A stretch of DNA of 48,013 nt from a virus (lineage: Duplodnaviria; Caudoviricetes), in IMG/VR virus record IMGVR_UViG_3300044477_000015, positions 1-48,013 of that record, one strand, 5' to 3'. Position numbers and translations under genes: made by a program. This document shows, piece after piece, positions 28,291-38,492 of this stretch. Numbering within the stretch: the stretch's first letter is position 1; every line of letters begins with the position of its first letter. The notes below the pieces were generated by a model that did no database searches, was not told the origin of the DNA, and was given only the letters and a program-made list of their open reading frames with translations.

Positions 28291-29459
28291 GGTGTAAGCA
28301 AGCTAAGTAAATAAGGGTATTGTCCGTAAGTTGCAGGAATGTCACCAAATGTATATTGAGAATAAGCAACGCCACCAATACTTACGGTTATATTTGAAAA
28401 ATTTGTAGTTTCATCAATAGCCCCGGCAATGGCAGCAATTACCCTACTTATGTAAATAGTATCGCGTTTGTTTTCACCATCAGCCCCGGGAATATATGGC
28501 CTAATATTATAAAAATAATCAGTGAGAGCGGCGGTTATTGCGCTAATGGTTGGGCTTGTTTTATCGCTAAGGCCGTCAATTGTAATGATAACAGGAACGG
28601 GAACAACTGAAAGTGTTTCTACAACCGCCTGAACAGGTCTGCGCCCACGTTCGTTAATATCTTTTGACGTGTCAGGGTCAAGCTCTATAACATCGGCAAC
28701 CTCGGTTAACATACTTGAGGGTGCAACGCCTTTCGGTTGTCCTACCTGGCTACTTTCCGGTGTTGCTTCTACAAATACCTGAACCACATAAATTGCATTG
28801 TTTTTTGCATACGGGTAAACAGTACGCACCCCGGCTGCATCGGCTGACCATATACGGTAATCGGTTGACGCGCCTCCCTGTGGTTCTGATTGGAACGATT
28901 CAACTATAAGACGGCGGTATGTTTCAAGTGTTTCGGCTTGTACGGGCGTAGTGTCAATAGTTGCAACAATGGCAGTACTGTTAACGTTTGCAATAGGTAT
29001 AGTACATTCAATTTCGGAGCTTACGGTTAATACTGAATCTGTGCCACCTTCCAAGGCTCGTACCTGAATTTGTCCGGTGGTACTTGAAAGAATCACGGTC
29101 GTAACTACCTCATAAACTTTGTTGGTAGCTGTATTTTTAAAGGTAGTTCCCTTGGTAATTTGCCCGCCTGTTGTGCCGGTAACATTGCAAGTGTATATAC
29201 CAGCAACCGCACCGTATGGCAATCGATTTAGTTTAACCAGCCCGAAACGTATTAATTCACTTTCTTCGCAAGTATCAACCCAAATATTTTTTTGAAGTTG
29301 AGCGGCCTGTAAGTAGAATAGCTTAAGCTTTGCGGCCTGAACTGTTGCAAGTACTCGAAGAAATACCTTACCGATCCATGTACGGGTAATTCCAAGTTCA
29401 GAGCGTAAATCGTTTTCAATCTGTGATTGAAGCGTTGAAAGTGTTGGTATATCAGCCAT
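28287..29459 (-). CDS. Baseplate J protein (Mu gp47-like)
   Basis: ETLETYRRLI...PQGGASTDYRIW...GVRTVY. Confidence 0.9.
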   Translation of the reverse strand: MADIPTLSTLQSQIENDLRSELGITRTWIGKVFLRVLATVQAAKLKLFYLQAAQLQKNIWVDTCEESELIRFGLVKLNRLPYGAVAGIYTCNVTGTTGGQITKGTTFKNTATNKVYEVVTTVILSSTTGQIQVRALEGGTDSVLTVSSEIECTIPIANVNSTAIVATIDTTPVQAETLETYRRLIVESFQSEPQGGASTDYRIWSADAAGVRTVYPYAKNNAIYVVQVFVEATPESSQVGQPKGVAPSSMLTEVADVIELDPDTSKDINERGRRPVQAVVETLSVVPVPVIITIDGLSDKTSPTISAITAALTDYFYNIRPYIPGADGENKRDTIYISRVIAAIAGAIDETTNFSNITVSIGGVAYSQYTFGDIPATYGQYPYLLSLLTP

Positions 29460-29905
29460 TATATTATCTTTTGTTCAATTAATTCGCTTTTGGTCGCGTC
29501 CCAAATGAGGTCTTTAACCGTTTTATCAATAGTATCAGTAATTCGGAGTTTATCGTTACCTATGAGAGCCACAGTGCTGCCAGTGTCCGAAATATCATTA
29601 AGGTATTGCAGGTCTTTAATGGCAGCTTCTTCGATGTTTGACCGGCCGGCACTGTTAAGTGCATTATTATTTAGCACTCGTTCAACTTCGCTGTTCATTT
29701 GGGAGCCGGTTTCAATGAAAGAATTTCCCCACCAGTCGGCGCGCTCTTCGCCTTCAACCTCGTTACCGGTCGTACTCGCTTCAACATTGCCCCCAAAATG
29801 AGCCAAATACGCCTGATTTGCGAGGCTATCAGTTGTTTCAACGTCCCCGTTTTTAAGACTTAATTCGCCTCCGTTACCGCTTTCGTATATAAGTACATCG
29901 TTCAT
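29459..29905 (-). CDS. Baseplate protein (Mu gp46-like)
   Basis: DWWGNS...IEEAAIKDLQYL. Confidence 0.8.
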   Translation of the reverse strand: MNDVLIYESGNGGELSLKNGDVETTDSLANQAYLAHFGGNVEASTTGNEVEGEERADWWGNSFIETGSQMNSEVERVLNNNALNSAGRSNIEEAAIKDLQYLNDISDTGSTVALIGNDKLRITDTIDKTVKDLIWDATKSELIEQKII

Positions 29906-29906
29906 G

Positions 29907-31673
29907 CTAGTAGGTTGAAGTGGTTAGTGGAATCATGCCCGTATTTTTAGATACATTAACCTGTTGATTTGACTTGTTTTTAAGGATCAGCTCCATTTGG
30001 TTTTTCTGTACCTCTTCGTTACGCTGTATTTGTACGTCGTTAGCGGCCTTAATGGTGTTAACCGGCTTTGCGGCTTCTTTCTTTTCGTCATCGCTTACGG
30101 CATCTTTAATTTTCTCAATACCTGCCAGCGCGTCACCCGCCCACTTTGCGCCCGTAAGCTTACTAATTGCTTTCAGAACCATTACGATGGGAAACAGCAT
30201 GAAGTCAAGTATCATGCGAGCAAATTTCTTGATACCATCCCAGGCACCGGTGAAAAAGCTACCCATGGCGACTTTAACTTTATCCCAATGTTTTACAAGT
30301 AAAAATATACCAGCTCCGAGCGCAAGTATGCCGGCAATTATCCAAGTTATAGGACACGCCCACAACGCAGCGGAAAATAAACCGGTTGCAAACGCAGCAA
30401 TTTTGGAAGCAACGTTAAAAGTAGTTAAAGCCACTGTACTAGCGGCTAAAGCTATTGGGTACGAACCTTGCAACGCGTAGTTAATACCTAATACCACATT
30501 CCATGCAATAGTGGAAATTCGAATTGCCGTCATAATAGCGTAATAAGCACCGTACGCAGCCACAACCGAACCTACAACGGTAAGAATAAGCCCTAAATGT
30601 TCGGTTACAAATCCAAGGACCTTACCAAACATGTTCAAAGAACCTGAGGTTTCATTACCGGAAATTACAAGGTTTTTAAATTTGGCTGTTAGCTGTTCAA
30701 CACGTACCACAAATGATTGGCCGCGTTCATCCGCTTGTTTTTGAGCGTTTCCAACGTCGTAAAGATTGCCGGAAAGCTTTTGAACTACCTCATTTTGATT
30801 TAATAAAGTGCTTAAAAACTTAGCTTTTTCAGGACCAACAAGTTTAAGAATATCGGTATATTTTAGATTAGCCTTTGCCAGGTTATCTAATGCCTTTACA
30901 GCGCCTACCTGCGTAGGATTGAATTCTTTTTTAGTAACTGTCGCAAGTTTTGACAATACAGATGCCATTTGGGTACCTGCTTCACTACCTAATACCCCGG
31001 CTTTTGCGTATCCTTGTAAAATTGCGTTTGTATCTTCGAATGAAACACCCAATGTTTTAGCAGTTGAACCACCATTTACAAGTGATTCAACTAATTGTTT
31101 TGTAGTTGCTGTACCTTTTTGTTCAGAGGTGCTGAGAATATCAACGAACATGCCGGCTTTATCAGCGCCAACACCGAATTGGTTCATGGCCTGAGTTAAT
31201 GACATAGCGGCGGTGGTTAAATCCATTCCAGCGGACTTGGAAAGCAGAATAGTTGCTTTCGTCATAATACCCATAGCCTTTGCATTGTCAAGCAGTTCTG
31301 GCTTTGCACTTCCAATTAACTCGAAGGCTTTTGCAACCTCAGGATAAGCCATTTTAGTAGCATCCCCCACGGCCATTATTTCCTTTTTAAACGGGATGAA
31401 AGCTTTACCAGTCAACCCGGTTATAGCTCGTAAACTTGCAAGGCTTTCGTCAAAGTCTTTAACAGCATTAAAACCGGTCATAATAAGCGCAGCGGCTCCA
31501 ATATTCCCAGCAAGTCCTATAATTTGGTTGCGAATATTGGCAAACGCGGTCTTTACCCCGGTAAAACTTTTGGTTTGAGCAGCTGCAAACTTTGCGTTAG
31601 CTTTCTCCATGGCTGCCATTGGCCCAGAAAACTTATCGACTGCTTTGTATATTGTACTTAAGGTAAAAGCCAT
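29907..31673 (-). CDS. Tape measure protein (588 aa)
   Basis: AVDKFSGP start, TP901-like core (GSEAGT), aromatic/Ala-rich C-terminal repeats. Confidence 0.9.
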   Translation of the reverse strand: MAFTLSTIYKAVDKFSGPMAAMEKANAKFAAAQTKSFTGVKTAFANIRNQIIGLAGNIGAAALIMTGFNAVKDFDESLASLRAITGLTGKAFIPFKKEIMAVGDATKMAYPEVAKAFELIGSAKPELLDNAKAMGIMTKATILLSKSAGMDLTTAAMSLTQAMNQFGVGADKAGMFVDILSTSEQKGTATTKQLVESLVNGGSTAKTLGVSFEDTNAILQGYAKAGVLGSEAGTQMASVLSKLATVTKKEFNPTQVGAVKALDNLAKANLKYTDILKLVGPEKAKFLSTLLNQNEVVQKLSGNLYDVGNAQKQADERGQSFVVRVEQLTAKFKNLVISGNETSGSLNMFGKVLGFVTEHLGLILTVVGSVVAAYGAYYAIMTAIRISTIAWNVVLGINYALQGSYPIALAASTVALTTFNVASKIAAFATGLFSAALWACPITWIIAGILALGAGIFLLVKHWDKVKVAMGSFFTGAWDGIKKFARMILDFMLFPIVMVLKAISKLTGAKWAGDALAGIEKIKDAVSDDEKKEAAKPVNTIKAANDVQIQRNEEVQKNQMELILKNKSNQQVNVSKNTGMIPLTTSTY

Positions 31674-31675
31674 GG

Positions 31676-31852
31676 TTATTTGTTTTTTGCTGCCATTTCA
31701 CGCTCCATATCGCGTGCATCATTATACCAGTAAAAGAGCCCGTACATATCTAATTCATCCGCGTATAAACTCATTATATAAGAAGGTGTCCAGTGATATG
31801 TACGGGCAATTGATTTTACTGCAACATCTATGGTACCTTCGTCTAAAAAAAA
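31676..31852 (-). other. -1 programmed frameshift extension of the tail chaperone (P2 gpE'-like)
   Basis: T8 run before TAG (31845-31852); -1 frame reads LDEGTIDVAVKSIARTYHWTPSYIMSLYADELDMYGLFYWY... to TAA at 31676. Confidence 0.8.
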
Positions 31853-32247
31853 TAGGATGCAATACAGCCAGCCCGCGAATAATCAGATGAATCGAGAGCG
31901 CGAATAATACCGCCAACTTGACCCGTTAAAGCGGCTATCGTTGCAATCATTTTGCCCTGTTGATCTTTCAGGTCTTTTACATAAGCTGTTTTGCTCTGTA
32001 ATTCGCCTGTAGTCATCCTATGGACAAATTTTAATTCATTGACTTCGTTGGGATTTGAAAGCGGCCAAGCTAATTTTAGCGTTAGGGTATTGTCATCATT
32101 AACGATAATAAAACCGTCAACAATAGCGTCTACCATTTGCGCCTCAATAGCTTCGTAACTTTCTTTTCTGTAAGAAGCTGAAAGCTTTTTACTATTAAAC
32201 CAGCGTTCAAACTCCTGCTTTGCTATTTCCTCAGTTACTTTTTCCAT
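31843..32247 (-). CDS. Tail assembly chaperone
   Basis: Between tube and tape measure; ends LDSSDY...YFF at a slippery site. Confidence 0.8.
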   Translation of the reverse strand: MEKVTEEIAKQEFERWFNSKKLSASYRKESYEAIEAQMVDAIVDGFIIVNDDNTLTLKLAWPLSNPNEVNELKFVHRMTTGELQSKTAYVKDLKDQQGKMIATIAALTGQVGGIIRALDSSDYSRAGCIASYFF

Positions 32248-32256
32248 AGTGTTTTA

Positions 32257-32664
32257 TTAAGAAATTTTTACTAATTGACCACCACCGGCAACTTTAATGC
32301 TCATTTGAGCTGTATTGGTATTTCCCTGAATGTCGCCAACAGGTTTACCTTTACCACCCCAAATAGTTCCGTTATAATGGGTAAACGTCCAATCTGCGAG
32401 TACTGGACTGGCTGCGAGTTTGGCCATTTGGTCGAGTTCATTAGAAACTGACATATCCCATCCTACAGGCCCTTCCATACCCCAGCGAACACGGTTAACC
32501 TGATCGATCATTTGACCATTGGCAGTAACCATATTAGCGTCGTCATTAGAACGAAAGCCACCTGGATCGAGTGTAAAATCCTCCGCAGATTTTGGAAACA
32601 AAACACCGCTACCTAAGGTAGGGTGCTTATAAGATATTTCGAGTATATCACCACCTGAAAACAT
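32257..32664 (-). CDS. Tail tube protein
   Basis: 135 aa beta-rich, directly after the sheath. Confidence 0.75.
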   Translation of the reverse strand: MFSGGDILEISYKHPTLGSGVLFPKSAEDFTLDPGGFRSNDDANMVTANGQMIDQVNRVRWGMEGPVGWDMSVSNELDQMAKLAASPVLADWTFTHYNGTIWGGKGKPVGDIQGNTNTAQMSIKVAGGGQLVKIS

Positions 32665-32683
32665 GTTCTTTAATTTTTAAAGG

Positions 32684-34225
32684 TTAAATTACTCCGAAAG
32701 CAAACCCTACCTCAGCATCGGTGCTACTAATACGGGCAATTCCTGTACGTTTGTACCTGAATGAAGTTTCGAGCCTGTCAGGATTAGTTAATGATACTGC
32801 TACCTTAATGCTTTGTTTCATGAAATCAGCATCAGAAATAAGAGCACGTAGCGAAAGATCATCGGCATAAGAACGTACAACCTGTTTCCAGTCTTTCGGC
32901 TTAATCACATTGTCTACGTTAATGCTTTGATCTGAGGGCGCAATGGCTTTATCAACCACGAAAGCCTGTTCAAGTAGATAATAACCGTACTTAACATTAA
33001 AGTCAAGCATAAGATTACGCGCGTACCTGAATTGTGGAGGTATTTCGCCGTCTGGATGGTATGTTGTTACAAAATCCTGAACTACGTATTTGCCTGCGAT
33101 GAGATCAACAGTTGAGCTACCACGCTGAACGAGATAATCACGGTTGTTATAATCGCTCATGTCGCCAATGGTATTGTCCGCTGGAACCGGCATATCAGGA
33201 TAAGACTGTCCGTTTACGTCTAAATGCGGGCTGTTCTGTGCAGTCAGTGCAAAAAGAAATGCCATATTTGCGGCTGCCTCCCATGGTGCTCCTTTAGAAA
33301 GTGGAGCGGGTGCGAGTGCATGAGTAACCTGCGATTTGCGGGCTGATGCGTTTGTAATCGTTACCAAATCATCTTTATCATCTTCAACCGATCCCCAAAT
33401 ACTAATGAATGGCCTCATTACGATAGATGCGAAACGTCCAGTTGGATTAATAGGATCAGGAACGCCGTTGAAAGCTTCAAGAGCATCAAACGCGGCTGTA
33501 CCGTAAGGATTAATTACGATGGTGTTCCAATCGTTGGTAATACTTGCGAGTGCATCAGTTAAAACAACTACACCGGTACCACCTGTAACAGTTGCAGTAT
33601 ACGTAATACCACAAGATTTGCCACCTGTATCGAAAGATACGGATAAATCAGCGGCGTGCGCACCTGCGTATTTGGTTGTAAGTGTAAAAGATGTTACAGG
33701 AGTTCCAACAGTTGCAGCAATTACAGGCGCGCCAATTACGGCATTTATAGTGTCAACTATACGACCAATAATTACAGTGTCGGCCTCACCTTTATTCACT
33801 GCATACCCGTATGTACCACCGTCAAGACCTTTACGACCGTTAATAGTTACATAGTGAGTTGCGCTATCCGTTGCGGTTGTTGCAATTGTTACATCGCAGG
33901 CAGCCACAGCGGCGGTTGCACCACTAGCATCTTCCTGAGGAAAAACAATTGTAGGAATACCGCCCACGCCGTCGCCGGACACTGGCCTGAGTATTCGCAT
34001 CATCTGATAGATAGGAGAACCATATCCGTAAAGATCGCCAGCTTCTTTGGCCGATGTGATCTCACGTTTTTCAACCGGCATAGTTGACTGATTTGCAATA
34101 TTACCGGTTCCAAGTATAAAAATTCGTTGGGGTAAATTTGGTGAACTTATAGCGAAATTGCCTTTTTTGAGCTTGTAGCCCACAACCCGCGAAACTCTTT
34201 CCGCCCCTACTGCTGTGCTTATCAT
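32684..34225 (-). CDS. Contractile tail sheath protein (Mu gpL-like)
   Basis: LPQRI..LG, YGYGSP, VTTYHP, NPDRLE. Confidence 0.85.
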   Translation of the reverse strand: MISTAVGAERVSRVVGYKLKKGNFAISSPNLPQRIFILGTGNIANQSTMPVEKREITSAKEAGDLYGYGSPIYQMMRILRPVSGDGVGGIPTIVFPQEDASGATAAVAACDVTIATTATDSATHYVTINGRKGLDGGTYGYAVNKGEADTVIIGRIVDTINAVIGAPVIAATVGTPVTSFTLTTKYAGAHAADLSVSFDTGGKSCGITYTATVTGGTGVVVLTDALASITNDWNTIVINPYGTAAFDALEAFNGVPDPINPTGRFASIVMRPFISIWGSVEDDKDDLVTITNASARKSQVTHALAPAPLSKGAPWEAAANMAFLFALTAQNSPHLDVNGQSYPDMPVPADNTIGDMSDYNNRDYLVQRGSSTVDLIAGKYVVQDFVTTYHPDGEIPPQFRYARNLMLDFNVKYGYYLLEQAFVVDKAIAPSDQSINVDNVIKPKDWKQVVRSYADDLSLRALISDADFMKQSIKVAVSLTNPDRLETSFRYKRTGIARISSTDAEVGFAFGVI

Positions 34226-34226
34226 A

Positions 34227-34835
34227 CTATTCGTTATTATAAGTTAATTTATAGCCTTTATTTGTTTCTGCAATTCTTATTTGCGTATCATAACCATCTG
34301 CTTCAATTGGAGAAATACCCGTTACAGTTTCATTTACACGTACCATTAATTCAATTCGTGCCATGCGTGTAAACCTCGCGTCCTGTTCATCAGAAACACG
34401 GGCAAAACGAATGGAAGAAACTGAGCGACGCTCAACTATACCATTAGCCAAACTAAACCTGTCATAAATTGGATTTTGCAAAATAGACCAAATTAAACCA
34501 GCCAAACGAGTTACCTTTTTCCCTGATTTTTCATATCCATCCATACTTGCAGTTTGATAAGAATCACCATAAATGTCAATATTTAATCTTGTTTCGTTAG
34601 ACTGACTTACGGCCGTTTGATTGTCTGGCGTACATTGATCAACATTAACGGTTATAATGGTGCCTTCATCTTCGCTAGGAGGGTTGTATCTTTCAATAAA
34701 AAAAGTCCCTGTTAACTCTGGGTTTGTTTGACGTATATTCTGATTGTCGCATTCTTCTTTTAAAATAATAGCAACACGATCTCGAACTGCTTCGAAATTC
34801 TTAGGGCCAATATTAAAATTTAGCTTTGCTGCCAT
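34227..34835 (-). CDS. Putative tail terminator/neck protein
   Basis: Synteny upstream of the sheath. Confidence 0.55.
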   Translation of the reverse strand: MAAKLNFNIGPKNFEAVRDRVAIILKEECDNQNIRQTNPELTGTFFIERYNPPSEDEGTIITVNVDQCTPDNQTAVSQSNETRLNIDIYGDSYQTASMDGYEKSGKKVTRLAGLIWSILQNPIYDRFSLANGIVERRSVSSIRFARVSDEQDARFTRMARIELMVRVNETVTGISPIEADGYDTQIRIAETNKGYKLTYNNE

Positions 34836-35209
34836 TATTGAAAATCTCCAAGTATTAGCGTTATACCTCCAATGTGATTATCCGGTAATGTCTCTTTAAC
34901 TACGTACGACCTATTTACACCGTTAATATCTTTTACAACTACCCTGTGACTAGTAAGAGCAACGCGGTTTTGTGCGCTCCGTGTTACGTATCCCAAAGCC
35001 GTTAAAGACGCTTCAACTATTGTAAGCCGTGTATTTTTAGAGTTAACTGGTAATCCATCGGTATTGATACTGTTATGATGTTCTGTAAATAAGCCAGAGA
35101 CGACCGCTGTTTGTGGCGAAGCTCCCAATGAAGTAAAGGTACATTGTACCGTAAATTCACCGGTTCCAACGATTCTTGCATAGTCCTCTCTGGCAAATTG
35201 CAAACTCAT
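34835..35209 (-). CDS. Putative head closure (gpFII-like) protein
   Basis: Synteny; beta-rich 124 aa. Confidence 0.55.
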   Translation of the reverse strand: MSLQFAREDYARIVGTGEFTVQCTFTSLGASPQTAVVSGLFTEHHNSINTDGLPVNSKNTRLTIVEASLTALGYVTRSAQNRVALTSHRVVVKDINGVNRSYVVKETLPDNHIGGITLILGDFQ

Positions 35210-35212
35210 GGT

Positions 35213-35482
35213 TTAGGCGTTTTCTGTTTTGGTTTCGGCATCCTTTGGAGCTTCTTTTTCAGCTTTTTTACCAGCTTTTTCGGCATCCTTTGGAGCTTCT
35301 TTTTCAGCTTTAGCGGCTTCAGCTTCTTCTTTTTTCGAAGATATGCGTTTCAGCTTACCTTCTTTTTCAAGCTTTAGCGCGTTTCCTTCAGGAAAATGAG
35401 CCTCTGTAACCTTTTGTCCTGGTCCATACACTTTGTTATTGATACCTTGTACCCCTAACACAATGACTTCGAATGTTGCCAT
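35213..35482 (-). CDS. Small K/E/A-rich head-associated protein
   Basis: Internal duplication KAEKEAPKDAE (about 33-bp direct repeat within 35235-35311). Confidence 0.55.
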   Translation of the reverse strand: MATFEVIVLGVQGINNKVYGPGQKVTEAHFPEGNALKLEKEGKLKRISSKKEEAEAAKAEKEAPKDAEKAGKKAEKEAPKDAETKTENA

Positions 35483-35940
35483 TATTCCCAGTATTTACAG
35501 AACAGTTTATCAATCTTGAAAATAAAGCCTTTATTATCTGACTTAACCCGAAACCGCCAATATCTATATTGTTTAGCGGTTGAAGATTCTGTAAGATTTA
35601 TGGCCGTATCTTTGCCGGTAGTCCATGCCTTTGTGGTAATGCTTGTCCAGCTTGCTTGGTCAAGATGATTCTTTGCTTCTATAGTTACGACAGTACGCTT
35701 ATTTGTACCTCCAACAGAATCAAGATGTAAATACATGTCATATTTAAGCGGCCTCATAGCCTCTTTTTTAACCGTATAATACCAAACTGAATCGGTTGCA
35801 CTGGTTGCATTCGCAGTACTGGTAAACTCGAAAAAGGTTTCGTTATAACCCATGGAATAATCCTGCGTTGCAGCTTCTTGGGAATAGCCTTGCGCGAATA
35901 ACGCGCAGGCTAAAATGAGAATACTAAATAGTTTTTTCAT
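35482..35940 (-). CDS. Signal-peptide-bearing beta-sandwich protein in the head operon
   Basis: MKKLFSILILACALFAQGYS-Q; C-terminal YRYWRFRV. Confidence 0.65.
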   Translation of the reverse strand: MKKLFSILILACALFAQGYSQEAATQDYSMGYNETFFEFTSTANATSATDSVWYYTVKKEAMRPLKYDMYLHLDSVGGTNKRTVVTIEAKNHLDQASWTSITTKAWTTGKDTAINLTESSTAKQYRYWRFRVKSDNKGFIFKIDKLFCKYWE

Positions 35941-35944
35941 GGTC

Positions 35945-37045
35945 TTATCCTCCTACTACTTCGGTTCCAGTTACTTTGGCACTATAAATACGATCTACAG
36001 CTACTGGTACAGGCACACCGGCTGACATGATACCGAAATCATGTGTCATTTTGCGAGCATCCAAATAGTTGTAAAGCGCGTAATCTGTAGCTTCCTGAGT
36101 TATGAACTCTGGAAATTCAGCATTACGACGGTCACGTACAATCATTGGTACACCTGCGAACGAGTATACAAGCTGATTGCCGGTGGTTGGTAACATAATC
36201 ATATGATCAGAATCAATATAATCAGTAGCTACACCGCTAGCGTTATCATAAGTTTCAGGATAAGTCCACAGGTTGAAAATATATGAACCGGCTGAAATTT
36301 GACCATGATAGGCAGCGCCCTCACTGTTAACCTGTGGCATATTAAGCTCAAGCAGCTTAATGTTTTTGTTAATCTCATTTTTAATAAATGGATTATTTGT
36401 CAAGTCCGTAAAAGCACGAGACCCCAAAATAACATTAAATACAGCTGCACCCGAACGTCCGGTAGTACGTAAGAATGTTGCACCGGCTTCTAAGTACAAA
36501 CGTGGGTCAACAGACGCGTTTTTAATATACTCACCTGCTGTATATACCTTCATGGAGGCGGCTTTACGCTTAAAGTCGATATTATCACCGGTTACAAGCG
36601 TACAAATACCTGAGGTAAAAATCTGTGCGGCCATTAACTCGTAACGACGTTCAATTTTGTACTTCAAAATATTGGTTTTCTCCAAAGCAGCATCAATAAC
36701 AGAGGCAACGGTGTTAACGCTAACATCAGTTGCATTCATTCCAAACATGAGGTCATATTTGTCCAACTCAGTCATGTCAAAGTATTCTTTGAAAAACGGT
36801 GGTACAAATATCTTTTCAGCACTTTTGGAAAAGCTGTTACGGTTACCTTCGGAGCCGCGCATTACGTCAACGGCAATCTTTTCGGTACCACGCACTACTT
36901 CAATGCTGATTTCTTTAGTATCAGATATTTTTTTAGTAAAAAACGATCTCAAAAAACCCTTAGGCGCAAGCTCGGTCATTTCGTTCCACCTTGCTACGAT
37001 CTGACGTGTAAACACGCCTCTCGCTTCTTGTACAGGAATAGGCAT
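35945..37045 (-). CDS. Major capsid protein (lambda gpE family)
   Basis: FLRSFF, PPFFKE, IERRYELMAAQ...G, IDFKR. Confidence 0.9.
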   Translation of the reverse strand: MPIPVQEARGVFTRQIVARWNEMTELAPKGFLRSFFTKKISDTKEISIEVVRGTEKIAVDVMRGSEGNRNSFSKSAEKIFVPPFFKEYFDMTELDKYDLMFGMNATDVSVNTVASVIDAALEKTNILKYKIERRYELMAAQIFTSGICTLVTGDNIDFKRKAASMKVYTAGEYIKNASVDPRLYLEAGATFLRTTGRSGAAVFNVILGSRAFTDLTNNPFIKNEINKNIKLLELNMPQVNSEGAAYHGQISAGSYIFNLWTYPETYDNASGVATDYIDSDHMIMLPTTGNQLVYSFAGVPMIVRDRRNAEFPEFITQEATDYALYNYLDARKMTHDFGIMSAGVPVPVAVDRIYSAKVTGTEVVGG

Positions 37046-37065
37046 TTTAGTTTATTTTTAGGTGG

Positions 37066-37497
37066 TTAAACATTATCATCGCCGGTTAATTCTGCGGTTT
37101 CAGCAAAATAGATACCTAAAGTATCGGAGGCGAAACGATCGCGAATAGTCTTGTAAGCCACAACCGTTGCCAGCGTGTCAGTACCATCAAGTGTAAGCTT
37201 ATTTTCAGCTACTTTACCACCGATGGCGATATTTACAGTAGCGCTATTACCATTTGTAATGGTTAAGCTTTCAGCGCATACACCAATAAGTTGAATATTG
37301 GCAGTACCGGACTTGTATACTTGGTATGTAGTGCCTACGGCACCAATGGCCATACCAGCAGTTAGAACTAAATCTGAGCCGCTTGCGTTAGCAATGGTAA
37401 CAGCCCTGAAAATCGTATTAGCAAGAAATATCTTGCTTACATCGTACGCGGAAAACAACTGGTTCCGGGTAGATGTTTGTTGAGTAATTTCGCTCAT
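37066..37497 (-). CDS. Head decoration protein (gpD-like)
   Basis: Between protease and capsid; L.AG..IG, IGV.AE, G.V.ENKL. Confidence 0.7.
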   Translation of the reverse strand: MSEITQQTSTRNQLFSAYDVSKIFLANTIFRAVTIANASGSDLVLTAGMAIGAVGTTYQVYKSGTANIQLIGVCAESLTITNGNSATVNIAIGGKVAENKLTLDGTDTLATVVAYKTIRDRFASDTLGIYFAETAELTGDDNV

Positions 37498-38492
37498 TAT
37501 GCTACTTTTTTAGTTTTCGATTCAACTTCTTTTTCAAAAGTTTCCAGCTCTTTTTCTTTAGCTGTTTTTTCTGCGAGGATTTCAGCATCGGTTTTGGGTT
37601 TTTCAACCTTACCATCTGCTTCCAGGTTTGTTTTTCCTACATGAGCCGTAAGTTTTACGGTCATTTCTGCCATTGTTGCGGAGGTGAATTCAGAGCCTTC
37701 TTTTATCGCTTTGATAACGTTTTCTTTATCAATATCAATAAAAGCCATGTAGGCCCCTATTCTTTCACGTTCAGCTTTCACGGCACCGGTTTGAATTTGC
37801 GCTACCAGCTCAGGGTGTTGCGCTAAAATTTCTGCAAGTGTCATTTTTACTTTGGTTTTTTGGTTAATAATACTACTATTTTCAATTGGCTTTGTCTGTT
37901 CGCTGCGTTGCGATTGAGCGCCCTGCGTCGGGTTCTCAAAGTCGGCAAATGCCACAAATTGCGCGTTCATAGCTTCGGCCTGTTTAGGCTCCAGCTTTAT
38001 AATTTTGTCAATGAGTCCGATCTGTTTAGCTTGCTTTGAATCTAACCATACGTTTATGCGTTTTTTAGGATCAAAAAGCTCATCCATGGAATACCCAGTA
38101 ACGTTCTTAAACTCTTCCATATTTAAGCGCATTTCCATCTGCTTACGAAGGTCTTTATTGATACCATCTAAGAATCTTTGATCTTCTTCATTTTCAACAT
38201 AACCGTCGGCCCGGTGCAACAGATATTGGGAAACGTTAAGCCCTTCGCGTTTGTCAGCAAATAACAACATGAAAGCTGCCATACTTGCGGCCATTCCGGT
38301 AACTGACATATTCTTTTTACCCTTACGTTTCTGCATTGCGCCTATAATAGCCCAACCAGCGAACACCGAACCGCCTGGAGAGTTAACCCACATGTCAATA
38401 TCTTCATCATCTGGTATGTCAGTCATAAGATTAACCAGCCTTTCAGCTGAATAATCATATATCGCGTTGTATAAAAGTAATGGTTTAGGCAT
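37497..38492 (-). CDS. ClpP-like prohead protease with C-terminal scaffold
   Basis: VNSPGGSV, GMAASMA (catalytic Ser), LLH, AERERI. Confidence 0.9.
   Translation of the reverse strand: MPKPLLLYNAIYDYSAERLVNLMTDIPDDEDIDMWVNSPGGSVFAGWAIIGAMQKRKGKKNMSVTGMAASMAAFMLLFADKREGLNVSQYLLHRADGYVENEEDQRFLDGINKDLRKQMEMRLNMEEFKNVTGYSMDELFDPKKRINVWLDSKQAKQIGLIDKIIKLEPKQAEAMNAQFVAFADFENPTQGAQSQRSEQTKPIENSSIINQKTKVKMTLAEILAQHPELVAQIQTGAVKAERERIGAYMAFIDIDKENVIKAIKEGSEFTSATMAEMTVKLTAHVGKTNLEADGKVEKPKTDAEILAEKTAKEKELETFEKEVESKTKKVA

Noticed and set aside
23844-34225. Tailocin or extracellular contractile injection system with secreted cargo
   Set aside because: Capsid, portal, terminase, protease and replication genes are all present and intact, so this is a phage.
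35235-35311. 33-bp direct repeat
   Set aside because: In-frame duplication in a low-complexity protein tail; no sign of regulatory or mobile function.
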